Positions 37,492 to 46,307 of a DNA stretch of 59,749 nucleotides are shown here, piece by piece. Source of the DNA: a virus. Made by a program: the position numbers and the translations under genes. Below the pieces are notes generated by a model, which saw nothing but the letters and a program-made list of their open reading frames with translations, was not told where the DNA came from and searched no databases. Each line of letters starts with the position of its first letter. Position 1 is the stretch's first letter. The stretch lies in the UHGV virus genome UHGV-0185078. One strand, given 5' to 3'.

Positions 37492-37806
37492 TCAATTTTG
37501 CGCGGTTCCCTTTGCCGCTTTTGGTGCTAAAGTACCATCATTTAACATCAACTCAAAACCTGTTACTTGATCGGTTGGAACAATAGGGTAATTCATAATA
37601 GCCATGTGGATACGATGCCCTCCCTCACACTCGTCGATGTATTCATTACCCCAATAGTATAAATGCCCATCTCTTCGAATATCCATTGCCGTCGGGAAAT
37701 CTACAAGAATTCTTTTAATTTCTTTTCGTCCTTCTTTATGCAGATTAGTTTCAATACGGATAAGCTCCGCATAAATTGCTTCACAGATAGTATTTACAAT
37801 ACTCAT
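37492..37806 (-). CDS. hypothetical protein
   Basis: 104 aa ORF followed by about 300 bp non-coding structured DNA. Confidence 0.4.
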   Translation of the reverse strand: MSIVNTICEAIYAELIRIETNLHKEGRKEIKRILVDFPTAMDIRRDGHLYYWGNEYIDECEGGHRIHMAIMNYPIVPTDQVTGFELMLNDGTLAPKAAKGTAQN

Positions 37807-37831
37807 TTTTCGTTCCTCACAGAATGTACAA

Positions 37832-38386
37832 TTAAGATTCTTTTCCGTGTCTAAGACTATACCCTAATTCATACTCTTTGGCAAATCTTACTTCAATAGC
37901 TTCATCTTTTGTAGGATAACTACCAAGATGCGTCCATTTTCCGTCAATACTTATAGCAGCTTGCCAAAGTCCTGTAGCAGGATTAAATTTTACGCCCGTA
38001 CATCCGGACGTGTTGTTAATGTTCATGCGTCTATTCTTTTGGTTATCTTGTCGTGAACTATTTTTTAAGTTCCATGGACGGTTATTCAACCCATTCCCGT
38101 CATCATGATCAATTTCTTCAGGTTCTTCATTATAGAGCATCTTCCAGATTATACGATGTGCCAGATAATGAAGACCGTCTAGACCAACAAGAATATAAAC
38201 GTTTCGGTCTTTAACAACAGCGCGACCAGCTTCTTTTCCTGCGAACTGAGAGTTGAATTTGGAACAAGCTCTTTGTGTTTTAAAGAACTTTAAAGGCGCT
38301 TTCTTCCATCTTAAAATGCCAGTCTCTTCATTATACTCAAAACGATCATGCAAATAGTCAAATGAAGGTAAAGGTCTAAATCTCAT
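37832..38386 (-). CDS. HNH homing endonuclease with AP2-like C-terminal domain
   Basis: HRIIWKMLYNEEPEEIDHDDGNGLNNRPWNLK HNH motif; C-terminal GVKFNPATGLWQAAISIDGKWTHLGSYPTKDEA AP2-like; start taken at ATG 38386. Confidence 0.75.
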   Translation of the reverse strand: MRFRPLPSFDYLHDRFEYNEETGILRWKKAPLKFFKTQRACSKFNSQFAGKEAGRAVVKDRNVYILVGLDGLHYLAHRIIWKMLYNEEPEEIDHDDGNGLNNRPWNLKNSSRQDNQKNRRMNINNTSGCTGVKFNPATGLWQAAISIDGKWTHLGSYPTKDEAIEVRFAKEYELGYSLRHGKES

Positions 38387-38627
38387 ATTATTACCTATAA
38401 CCAATATGTAAACCAGAAATAACCAGCTACGAAAATAGCACCCGCAAATAATTTTAAAAGCTCGAACATTGTCCCCTCCGTTAACTTTATGCTGTAAGTA
38501 TAGCAGGACTTGCGATGTATGCAACAACTTTAGACTTGAAATGCATCTATAAAATAGCACGATTTGCCTTTACCTCTGATCCGTCTAGCTGTACTATTAA
38601 CCCATAAACAGAGCGGAGGATTACAAA

Positions 38628-38852
38628 ATGGTCATGCTGAATAAAGTATATAGCACAATGGGCGCGGATTATAAAGTTGTACGTCACCCGCGTACTGGTA
38701 AATTTGAAGCATACATCCGTCCAATGGGTGAAGGTTGGATGTATTACGGTACTTATGACGACGCTGAGAAAGCTTATAAAGAAGCGGAAAGTACAGCGGA
38801 AGCATCCGAAATTATGGCAAGGTACGACGTCGATGATTACTACCTTAACTAA
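38628..38852 (+). CDS. small hypothetical protein encoded antisense to the replication module
   Basis: 74 aa; GGAGGA RBS 7 nt upstream of ATG; followed by a perfect hairpin terminator. Confidence 0.5.
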   Translation: MVMLNKVYSTMGADYKVVRHPRTGKFEAYIRPMGEGWMYYGTYDDAEKAYKEAESTAEASEIMARYDVDDYYLN

Positions 38853-38857
38853 CAATA

Positions 38858-38883
38858 AAGGGCCTTTCGGCCCTTTATTTATT
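38858..38883. terminator. bidirectional terminator between small + gene and primase gene
   Basis: aaagggcc-tttc-ggcccttt perfect hairpin flanked by A and T runs. Confidence 0.7.
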
Positions 38884-41221
38884 CCTCTTCACCTAAGTTT
38901 GCCATAATTCCTTCAACATCTTGCGTAATGCGCCAAGCTGCCCCAGTAAATCCCAGTTTAATAGTCTCCTCCCGTGTTACCGGAACAAGGGCCCCCATAG
39001 CAACCATTTCCTTGATCGTAGACTCGATCGCTGCGGACAATCCGTGGTGATAGTTTTTAAACGCGGACTTACTTGCAAGACGCGTAGTAATATCCCCCCG
39101 CGTGATAATACCTTCTTTACGTAGATCTACACGTTTAACTTTCACCCAATCTTTAGTTAGATAATTCACACAAACCTGGCACATAGTACGGATACGAGCT
39201 TCGTCATTAGTACCAATACCCCCGCTATGCCATTCCTTCATAATGATATCCTGTCCATGGCGCACAAAGTCCAAGGCCCATTGAACATGATAGGTCTGCA
39301 CAACTGGATTGATCCAATTTTCTCCCACAGCTAACAGGGCGGATAGACGTAATACCTTCAGGTGTGCACGGTTCCATGGCTGACGGATTGCTTCATCTTT
39401 GGTTGCGTTAATATTACGGTCGCATTCATCGTTAAACTGATCACATAATGCTTCAGCATCCGGACTAAACTGCACTTCAATACTTTGATGCTTTGCCATT
39501 GCGACTAAGGTGTGGTTAACAAGATGGCACACCATATCCCGCAAATGCTGATCCATTGTAGTCTGCTGGTTCTTGTTTAAAGGCGGTCGATCCCCTTCAT
39601 AGCGGACAACATGGAAACGGGATAAGAAACCATCCTCCATCATTTCACGGGTTAATGCTTCAAAGAACGTATCCGGTGTCGTTTCGCCCATGATGCTATA
39701 TGCCACACCTTGTTGAGCTTCCGTATTATTAGCCTTATCAGAATAAGACATACCACCAACAATAGACATCTGACCGGACTTTTGATAAACATCGGTAAGG
39801 TCATTCTTGAAGCTTTGCATTGGTGAACCTGCTGGTGCCGTAGCCATTGCTTTAATAATCTTACCAAACTCACCGTTCAAGTTGATAAAAGATTGTTTGT
39901 CCGCAAAAGATTTACGCAGTGCGGAGCCGGAAGCGCATCGGTCAAAAGATACAAAGCTATGAATCTGCGGGAACGGTTCCTGAAGCTGGCTAACTATATT
40001 AGATAGCCCACTGTTCAACGTTTCTTTACCAACACCAGAACGAGCAATAAGGACGAAATATCCATTAAGACCAGATTGCGGAATCTGCCAGACCTTCCCG
40101 CATACCCCAGCCATAAAGCCTAGCGCTGTCACAATAGAAATTTCTTTCACTGGTCGGACGGATGCTTTGTAGATGTACTTCGCAAGCTCCCCAGCAAGCC
40201 CCGGCGGCCAGTCAATAGCGGTTGCATCAATAGATGTACTTTCTGCAACTACGGTCTGCCCCTGAGTTGTTTCAACAGTTACGGGCATTTCCGCTACCTG
40301 CTGCATTGCACTGTGTGCAGCTTGCATACGGGCAGCATAATCCCGCGCCAGCGCAGCTACGTTTTCCTGGGCAATGCGCTCACGCTCCATGCGTCCGCGA
40401 CACATACGCAAGCAACGGTCAATATGAACATTGTTCTTATTAGCCTTCTCACGTTTGCCCAGTGCACTGTAACGGAACAGACGACGGCATTGCTCATTAC
40501 TTTCCGTGTAAAATGCATACATAGAAATAAGGGCAAGGTCTGCTTCAGACTGGGAAGGGAAACCCATTTCAACCCATTCACCATTGAATAACCGTGAATA
40601 CTTATCGCCGTTATCTGCTTCAAGTGCGCGCTGATGAATAGTTGCATCATCTTCTACCGGATCTTTTTCTACCAGTTCAATTTCATATGTCTTGCGCTGA
40701 AGATCAATTTCATTCACAAGCATAGTAAGGTAATGATCACGTTCGGCAACTGATTTATTGTAGACAGGATTGCCCGTGCAGATAATAAAACGCTCCTGAC
40801 TATAAACCTCGACACCATCACGTCGACGACCTTTACCGATGTTACCTCTTAACCACAGGTGAACACCTAAGCCTGAGCGACTTACTTCGGTGTAAGTATC
40901 GAACGCAGTCATGATCTGTTCGAAGCGGCGCAACTGTTCCGGCGTCGTGTGCTTCTTGGGATCCGGTTCATTGGTTGCGTTCTTCACATCCAGGTCGATG
41001 CAGGTGAACGGGTCTTGTGCAGTAAGCACGAATCCAATATAAGGTTTATTGAAATGAGCGGCGCAACCTTTGGCAGCTTCAAACGTCATAAGCATATCCG
41101 GATCGGTAACGTCCGCCGCCATCAAACGTCCAATATCGCTATCCCATACCAACGGCTTTTTATCCGCATCGGCGACCGCCCATTGTGGGAAAGCTTTAAT
41201 TTCAGCGGGAAACAGTTCCAT
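38879..41221 (-). CDS. DNA primase (AEP/prim-pol-like N-terminus) fused to P-loop helicase domain
   Basis: 780 aa; N-terminal GLGVHLWLRG-type primase signature; Walker A-like ARSGVGKET in the second half. Confidence 0.6.
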   Translation of the reverse strand: MELFPAEIKAFPQWAVADADKKPLVWDSDIGRLMAADVTDPDMLMTFEAAKGCAAHFNKPYIGFVLTAQDPFTCIDLDVKNATNEPDPKKHTTPEQLRRFEQIMTAFDTYTEVSRSGLGVHLWLRGNIGKGRRRDGVEVYSQERFIICTGNPVYNKSVAERDHYLTMLVNEIDLQRKTYEIELVEKDPVEDDATIHQRALEADNGDKYSRLFNGEWVEMGFPSQSEADLALISMYAFYTESNEQCRRLFRYSALGKREKANKNNVHIDRCLRMCRGRMERERIAQENVAALARDYAARMQAAHSAMQQVAEMPVTVETTQGQTVVAESTSIDATAIDWPPGLAGELAKYIYKASVRPVKEISIVTALGFMAGVCGKVWQIPQSGLNGYFVLIARSGVGKETLNSGLSNIVSQLQEPFPQIHSFVSFDRCASGSALRKSFADKQSFINLNGEFGKIIKAMATAPAGSPMQSFKNDLTDVYQKSGQMSIVGGMSYSDKANNTEAQQGVAYSIMGETTPDTFFEALTREMMEDGFLSRFHVVRYEGDRPPLNKNQQTTMDQHLRDMVCHLVNHTLVAMAKHQSIEVQFSPDAEALCDQFNDECDRNINATKDEAIRQPWNRAHLKVLRLSALLAVGENWINPVVQTYHVQWALDFVRHGQDIIMKEWHSGGIGTNDEARIRTMCQVCVNYLTKDWVKVKRVDLRKEGIITRGDITTRLASKSAFKNYHHGLSAAIESTIKEMVAMGALVPVTREETIKLGFTGAAWRITQDVEGIMANLGEEE

Positions 41222-41232
41222 GATTTATCCTT

Positions 41233-41448
41233 TTACTGAGAACTAACCATTGCACAACCGATAGCAGCAAATAAGTGCTTCTTAGTCTCATTGATCACTT
41301 TCTCTGCATCCAGATAGCTCTCATAATGTCCAAGGTAAACAATAGTCCCTACAACCATAATATAAGCTGTGCGGTAATGCATGTAATGACCAATGAACCA
41401 TCCCTGCTCCCGAAGCTTATTTTGTCCAACTTCACTAAGTACCATCAT
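41233..41448 (-). CDS. hypothetical small protein
   Basis: 71 aa ORF with one hydrophobic segment. Confidence 0.35.
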   Translation of the reverse strand: MMVLSEVGQNKLREQGWFIGHYMHYRTAYIMVVGTIVYLGHYESYLDAEKVINETKKHLFAAIGCAMVSSQ

Positions 41449-41648
41449 GACCTCCGACGCTTATCGCCTTGCATCTTTTCCAGGGCGGGTACTGCTAAGG
41501 AACGTTTGTAGATGTACTGGTTAGCAATTCTAATAGCGCCCGGGATGCTGTCACGTATGCGCGACATCTTAAACTTAGATATACCGTAACGGTCTTCAAT
41601 TTCCGCCGCCGTTATGTAGTTCAAATCAAATTCCGATTCGTGATCCAT
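41445..41648 (-). CDS. small DNA-binding protein (helix-turn-helix-like)
   Basis: Start set to ATG 41648 (GGAGG RBS 6 nt upstream); ITAAEIEDRYGISKFKMSRIRDS resembles an HTH. Confidence 0.4.
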   Translation of the reverse strand: MDHESEFDLNYITAAEIEDRYGISKFKMSRIRDSIPGAIRIANQYIYKRSLAVPALEKMQGDKRRRS

Positions 41649-41673
41649 AATACCCTCCGTTACAACCGTCCAC

Positions 41674-41702
41674 ACAATACACAGTAAAGTCTTACTTTGC
41701 AA
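41674..41702 (-). promoter_or_regulatory. candidate sigma70-like promoter upstream of HTH gene, with palindrome in the spacer
   Basis: Minus strand TTGCAA-17-TATTGT; spacer contains agtaagactttact palindrome. Confidence 0.35.
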
Positions 41703-41713
41703 CTATTTTTGCA

Positions 41714-42442
41714 TTATTGCGGAGTTGTGATAATATGGTTACCAACTTCTAACATAACGTCCTGTGGCTCCCTTCCCTGTCTTAAGCTAATGAGCCAATT
41801 ATCAATATTGGGAAGAATATTTTTAGCCTGCTCAGAATCCCTGTATAGTGCAAGGTCTACCCATTGAGCCCCAAGCTTCACACGTATAGCGGTAGCGGTT
41901 TCGTAATGGTGCAGGGAACAGGTAGGCCAGCGACCGCGATTATCCCAATCCTGGATATCGCCGCTCCGGCGCATCCTGTACCAACGATGTGTCAATTTAT
42001 CCGCTTCCTTATCTGTCAGAGGATCCCCTTTAAGCAAAGCTTGGCGCTGTATCCAGGCCTTAAGTTCGGCGTTCTCCTTGCGCCCTGTTTTACCCTTATC
42101 CACTTTTACCTTCAGTGCTTCTTCATATGGGTCGTTACCCTTGCCCATGTGGTAATTGAATTTGCCCGTATAGCTGCGAAGCTCTTTGGCGTCCATCTCA
42201 TGCCCCAGCTTATCGCTAACCCATGCAAGGAAAGCCGCCCGCTCTGCATCCAGCTTACCTGCTTTTTGTCTTACCGCTTTTTTAACTGGTTGCTCCACAT
42301 CTTCGTTGAAGTAATCCTCCACCATAGCAAGCGCCTGAGCCTTAGTGGGCGCGCCCCGTAACCGCGAGCACGCTTGCACGACCCAGGCGGCAAAGCACAA
42401 ATCCTTAACCACAGTTTTAGATGTAATAGTTTCTTCGCTCAT
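41714..42442 (-). CDS. hypothetical protein, first gene downstream of the iteron region (candidate replication initiator or regulator)
   Basis: 242 aa; AGGAGG RBS; transcribed from a promoter that overlaps an iteron. Confidence 0.5.
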   Translation of the reverse strand: MSEETITSKTVVKDLCFAAWVVQACSRLRGAPTKAQALAMVEDYFNEDVEQPVKKAVRQKAGKLDAERAAFLAWVSDKLGHEMDAKELRSYTGKFNYHMGKGNDPYEEALKVKVDKGKTGRKENAELKAWIQRQALLKGDPLTDKEADKLTHRWYRMRRSGDIQDWDNRGRWPTCSLHHYETATAIRVKLGAQWVDLALYRDSEQAKNILPNIDNWLISLRQGREPQDVMLEVGNHIITTPQ

Positions 42443-42463
42443 AAATCCTCCTAGTGAACTGGT

Positions 42464-42740
42464 AATGCCACTATAAAACAGCTATTAGCTATTTGCAAGA
42501 ATTGTTTTAATATAGTGCTTAGTGGCGTACATAGTGGGCAAAACGTGTATAGTACGTCGTTACTGGCTTTGTAAAAGTTTGCCACTATAAACCACTATCC
42601 CACTATCCACTAATTTTTTATTTTTACACAGAGCAAAGTTTATAAGTTTACGGTTTCCCCCTTATTACCCCGTTTTCAAACAAAGAATTAGTAGTAGTAG
42701 TGAAAACGTGTAAATGCCACTATCACTACTATACTATTAA
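42464..42740. repeat. iteron cluster, repeated (G)CCACTAT motif in both orientations
   Basis: gccactataaa (42467), inverted atagtgc/tagtggc/atagtggg (42512-42538), tandem gccactataaa-ccactatcc-cactatcc-actaa (42581-42613), gccactatcactactatactatt (42716-42738). Confidence 0.55.
42470..42498 (-). promoter_or_regulatory. candidate sigma70-like promoter for gene 41714-42442, overlapping an iteron
   Basis: Minus strand TTGCAA-17-TATAGT, then AGGAGG RBS and ATG; the -10 is the reverse complement of the CCACTAT iteron. Confidence 0.45.
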
Positions 42741-42769
42741 TTATCTGAAAAAAGTTGGGAGTATACCCC

Positions 42770-42935
42770 TATAAACTTATAAACTTTCAGTCAACTAACT
42801 AAAATAAACCAAATTAAACTAATATTAATAATAACTATAAATATATATAAAATAAGGATTTATTATTATTGTATATAGTACCTATTGGTATTATGTGATG
42901 AGTTTATAGTCACTAAATAAACTCTATAAATTTTA
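42770..42935. other. strongly AT-rich tract with ATAAAC repeats (candidate DNA unwinding element)
   Basis: About 165 bp of mostly A/T with repeated ataaac/ataaat motifs immediately beside the iteron cluster. Confidence 0.5.
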
Positions 42936-43110
42936 ATAAACCTGAACGGATGCAGATCAAAAACGAGAAGTCAAGTGCTTTTGAGGGAAATTTATTGAAC
43001 TATTGTGATCGAAAGGTATATCAAGCTATAATGCGCTTAATCGCGGAGTATTGGAGGAGGACTTTATTGCGCGGTTAACCGGACCAGTTGGAGGGCTGAC
43101 CCGGTTGGAG

Positions 43111-43440
43111 TTAAAGTTCGGTGATTTGGTAAAGGCTAATAGTGTCGTTGGACATTACGCCGGACAGGATGCCGTTCGTCCAGTTTATGCAGTAAGGCGA
43201 ATGTAACGTGTTATGCATGAAGTAAAGGTCGTTATTGATAATGCTTCGCATCGGCTGTACTGCAATAAGGTTGTCTTCTAAAACGTGCTTTACATAGTCG
43301 TCATTAGGAATAGTAAAGCTGTCTTTAAACTTGCCGAACATTGGCGTTAATTTTACAAGGCGACCTTTTTGTTCAACCTTGTATACGTTCTTGCGGAAGA
43401 ACTGACCGTGTTCAATATAGCTGCGTACGAAACTAGTCAT
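43111..43440 (-). CDS. hypothetical protein
   Basis: 109 aa ORF. Confidence 0.4.
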   Translation of the reverse strand: MTSFVRSYIEHGQFFRKNVYKVEQKGRLVKLTPMFGKFKDSFTIPNDDYVKHVLEDNLIAVQPMRSIINNDLYFMHNTLHSPYCINWTNGILSGVMSNDTISLYQITEL

Positions 43441-43551
43441 TTATTCGTCCTCCATCAAAGCGCGTTTCATGTCACCGTTGCATACAACGGCAATTCCCAT
43501 TTCATAAAGTGCTTCAAGTTGCTCGATAGTAATTGTTTCATAGTAAGACAT
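43441..43551 (-). CDS. small hypothetical protein
   Basis: 36 aa from ATG 43551 (GAGGA RBS); longer track ORF starts at a non-ATG codon and overlaps the upstream gene. Confidence 0.3.
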   Translation of the reverse strand: MSYYETITIEQLEALYEMGIAVVCNGDMKRALMEDE

Positions 43552-43604
43552 GTTTGTATCCTCAGGTTGTTGAGGGCTCCCGCAGAAGCCGATGTGGTTA
43601 TCGA

Positions 43605-44219
43605 TTAAGCGTCCAGGCCGTTGTACTTGCGCCATGCGTAGAACTGGATTGCTACTGTTGTGCCGTTGTAAGAAGGCATTGCAGCTTTCATTTCTTTCAG
43701 CTCAGGTGTACGTCCCAGCTCAGCGAGCAGCTTGTCACCCATTGCCCAAACTTCAGCAGTTTTACCTTTCAGCGGCTTGCGAGCGCCATTTTTAAAATCA
43801 CAGCGAGCAGCTTTTGCATCTTGTTTTGGCGCGGCAGCTTTTGGCTCTTCAATTTTGATTTCAGAAACCTGCGTGGCAGCTTTTGCGTGTTTCATATCTT
43901 TCTCTTCCTCCTGCTCCAGAGCTTCGAGGCAGCTTTTGACGATTTCCGGATTTACCATCGGGCGCAGTACCGAGACGCTAGCAGCAGGCGCGGCGGTCGG
44001 TGCCGGGACTTTCTGCCCCGGCTGTTGCGCTTTTTTATGGTCGCGCAGTACCTGAAGCACTTCCTTCTCGACGATATAAAAACCGATTTCGTCCTGATGG
44101 ATAAGCTGTTCGTGTGCATCGCGTGCAACCTGGCCCCAGCGGGTCTTAAGGGCACGGCGTGCATTCGTTTTCATGGTGTAACGCATTTTGTCCTGTTCGC
44201 GGTGAGTTACTTTAGACAT
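43605..44219 (-). CDS. Lys/Ala/Glu-rich protein with conserved C-terminal domain (paralog of 26299-27102)
   Basis: 204 aa; C-terminal VWAMGDKLLAELGRTPELKEMKAAM...FYAWRKYNG aligns with the C-terminus of ORF 26299-27102. Confidence 0.45.
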   Translation of the reverse strand: MSKVTHREQDKMRYTMKTNARRALKTRWGQVARDAHEQLIHQDEIGFYIVEKEVLQVLRDHKKAQQPGQKVPAPTAAPAASVSVLRPMVNPEIVKSCLEALEQEEEKDMKHAKAATQVSEIKIEEPKAAAPKQDAKAARCDFKNGARKPLKGKTAEVWAMGDKLLAELGRTPELKEMKAAMPSYNGTTVAIQFYAWRKYNGLDA

Positions 44220-44308
44220 GGTATGTTCCTTCTGTTAGATTGTTTAGTTGTCTTGCTAAGTTGACTTATTATTGCCCACCGTGTTGAAATGGGCAAGATA
44301 TAAATCAC

Positions 44309-44458
44309 TTAATTTGTAATTTTATCTACACAGTAGTCAGCATCAAATTCCGCCGGGCTAATACCCAATTGGGCAATTGCAGCCGCTTCAGCTTCAACGA
44401 AATTGTTGGCTTCAATGAACGCGACGATAACACCGTATTTATTAATGACTTCGTACAT
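44309..44458 (-). CDS. small hypothetical protein (first leftward gene)
   Basis: 49 aa ORF MYEVINKYGVIVAFIEANNFVEAEAAAIAQLGISPAEFDADYCVDKITN, translated by hand; below the track size cutoff. Confidence 0.3.
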   Translation of the reverse strand: MYEVINKYGVIVAFIEANNFVEAEAAAIAQLGISPAEFDADYCVDKITN

Positions 44459-44795
44459 GGTCTAACCCTTAATGTGGTTAAGCAGTATTGCTTTGTTGAA
44501 GTAATAATAGCCTTGCATCGTGATATTGAATAGGCCAAAAGTGCTATTTTAGATCACTATTACATCTACAGCTTTGCAGTAACGCTACGCTAAAAATGCA
44601 AAGTTTTACGTTTGCTAAACATGTAGATTTTGTGCTCATCCCTCTTAGTACGTATAACGTCTATTATGTTAAATAGCTAAGTTATTGATTTATGGTAAAT
44701 CTTGTATCAATTTGGACGTTATAGGCGTCTAACGTATTGATTTATAAGGGTGTAAAATTTTGCTGTTTGTAGCGCATAAAAAGGAACAAACCGGG

Positions 44796-44824
44796 ATGTC
44801 ATAAAATGACATGTGTTTTGTCAT
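44796..44824. promoter_or_regulatory. operator-like overlapping inverted repeats in the divergent control region
   Basis: atgtcat-aaa-atgacat perfect palindrome overlapping atgaca-N7-tgtcat; three TGTCAT-type half sites just upstream of the putative rightward promoter. Confidence 0.4.
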
Positions 44825-44844
44825 TATAAATGCCACGTTTGGCC

Positions 44845-44873
44845 TAGACATAGATCAAGTCATGGCGTACTAT
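44845..44873 (+). promoter_or_regulatory. candidate rightward early promoter
   Basis: TAGACA-17-TACTAT about 45 nt upstream of the first rightward ORF and its GGAGG RBS. Confidence 0.35.
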
Positions 44874-44916
44874 ATAGTCAAAGGAAAGATAAAGCCGAAA
44901 GGCGGAGGAAAATAAA

Positions 44917-45066
44917 ATGAGAAAGTTTAAAGTCATGTACTACGGTAACTACATTGGAGACGTTAAAGCTCCGAATCGTGCAGATGCAGAAGGTTTCGTT
45001 CGCGCAGAGATGCAGATTGGAATCGCCGATTTTGCAGCCATTATCGAACTGGTAGAGGTATTTTAA
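44917..45066 (+). CDS. small hypothetical early protein
   Basis: 49 aa ORF, GGAGG RBS 9 nt upstream of ATG, directly downstream of the putative rightward promoter; hand-translated. Confidence 0.4.
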   Translation: MRKFKVMYYGNYIGDVKAPNRADAEGFVRAEMQIGIADFAAIIELVEVF

Positions 45067-45067
45067 T

Positions 45068-45208
45068 ATGTCACGCAAATACACGCTTACACGCGCACAG
45101 CACGCGTTATTAATTGCAGCAATGCACGCAGAATATGCAGTTCATGGCTGGCATAGTGCCATGATGCGCGGTAAAAGCATATATGCGGACATGCGCTCGC
45201 AAGGATAA
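45068..45208 (+). CDS. small hypothetical early protein
   Basis: 46 aa ORF starting 1 nt after the previous stop; hand-translated. Confidence 0.3.
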   Translation: MSRKYTLTRAQHALLIAAMHAEYAVHGWHSAMMRGKSIYADMRSQG

Positions 45209-45244
45209 CGCACACAGCGCCACGCTAGCGAGCTAATGTACATA

Positions 45245-45264
45245 GGTAATGGTAATGCATTACC
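45245..45264. repeat. ggtaat direct repeat followed by 14-bp perfect palindrome ggtaatgcattacc
   Basis: Read directly from the sequence in the 45209-45774 non-coding region. Confidence 0.5.
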
Positions 45265-45475
45265 AACACACAACGAGCGCGCTGTACCCCACAAAGCGGC
45301 GCTAATTTCAATACTCACAGGCTGTACGTTAACGCGTACGGCCTGCTCTTCTATATGCACGCCATGTATATAGCCAGCTCACGATGCACATCAATATAAT
45401 TACGAATGAAATGGATTCGTTTTGGAAGAATAACGATTCTTACCGTCGCAGACCGGTCCGATGAGCCAACTCATA

Positions 45476-45600
45476 GACCCCACCTAGGATCATCAGGGTA
45501 CTAATAATCACCCAAGGGCGCCTTATCCATCCTGATAGTAAGTGCTTGTCTAAATCTCACCCATCACATAGCCTATCCACCTACATCCATGACCCCACCT
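45476..45600. repeat. direct repeats gaccccacct (45476-45485 and 45591-45600) with tatccac-like motifs between
   Basis: Two 10-bp identical copies 115 bp apart; intervening ccatcc / ctatccacc motifs. Confidence 0.45.
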
Positions 45601-45774
45601 ACCTTCTTTTTGAATATATTGCGCTCATCCTTTCTAAATATATGGATTTTGGTAGTAAATTCTAAGTCGTCAACGTATAATTCGTCTTGTAGCTGCTCCA
45701 TAGCTACCATCTTTAAGCGGATGCAACCAATTTCTATCAATTCACACCTGTTTTTAGAGCATCAAGGAGGTATT

Positions 45775-46026
45775 ATGTGCGACTCCAGTGCAAGCGCTAC
45801 ACCCAGCACCTCCAGCAATGTGGTTACAGAGGTAAATGCAATGCGATTAGGTCCATATCGCGGCTATTATGGTCGTGCTGCATGGAATGACGCTACTCAA
45901 CGTTTTGAAGGCTGGATTATCTGCCCGGAACGTGTTAAATTTCACTCCGTAAAAGAGAAAAATATCGTTCTTAATTTTCAAAAATGTGTCACTAAATATG
46001 TAGAGGAGCAAGAAGAATGCGTGTAG
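45775..46026 (+). CDS. hypothetical protein
   Basis: 83 aa from ATG 45775 with AGGAGG RBS. Confidence 0.45.
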   Translation: MCDSSASATPSTSSNVVTEVNAMRLGPYRGYYGRAAWNDATQRFEGWIICPERVKFHSVKEKNIVLNFQKCVTKYVEEQEECV

Positions 46027-46307
46027 AAGAGATTGTTGAAGGTAAAGAGTATCGTTTACTGACCGATATTGGCGGTGTTGGGTATACTCCGGATGGTGCA
46101 GCTTGTTTTAACGTCCTTCCGCAAGCTGCTATCGTGACAGTTAACAAGGTTGTTACAGATTTATACAGCGTTCATGACGGCAACTGGCCACATGCAGTTA
46201 TTGTCACCTTCGGTAAAGATGGGTATGTGGATCTTGACGGTGAAGATGACACTTACGAAGTTGCTTATACAGGTCTTGTAAGCCCCAATTTCCTGGAAGA
46301 AGTATAA
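46017..46307 (+). CDS. hypothetical protein
   Basis: 96 aa, GAGGAG RBS, start overlaps upstream stop. Confidence 0.45.
   Translation: MRVEEIVEGKEYRLLTDIGGVGYTPDGAACFNVLPQAAIVTVNKVVTDLYSVHDGNWPHAVIVTFGKDGYVDLDGEDDTYEVAYTGLVSPNFLEEV

Noticed and set aside
43533-44264. 243-aa plus-strand ORF 43533-44264
   Set aside because: Cys/Phe/Leu-rich composition typical of antisense reading; overlaps the better-supported minus-strand genes 43441-43551 and 43605-44219
44326-44538. Track ORF 44326-44538 (70 aa, minus)
   Set aside because: Cys/Ser/Thr/Leu-rich with no RBS; the shorter in-frame-independent ORF 44309-44458 with an AAGGG RBS is a better candidate
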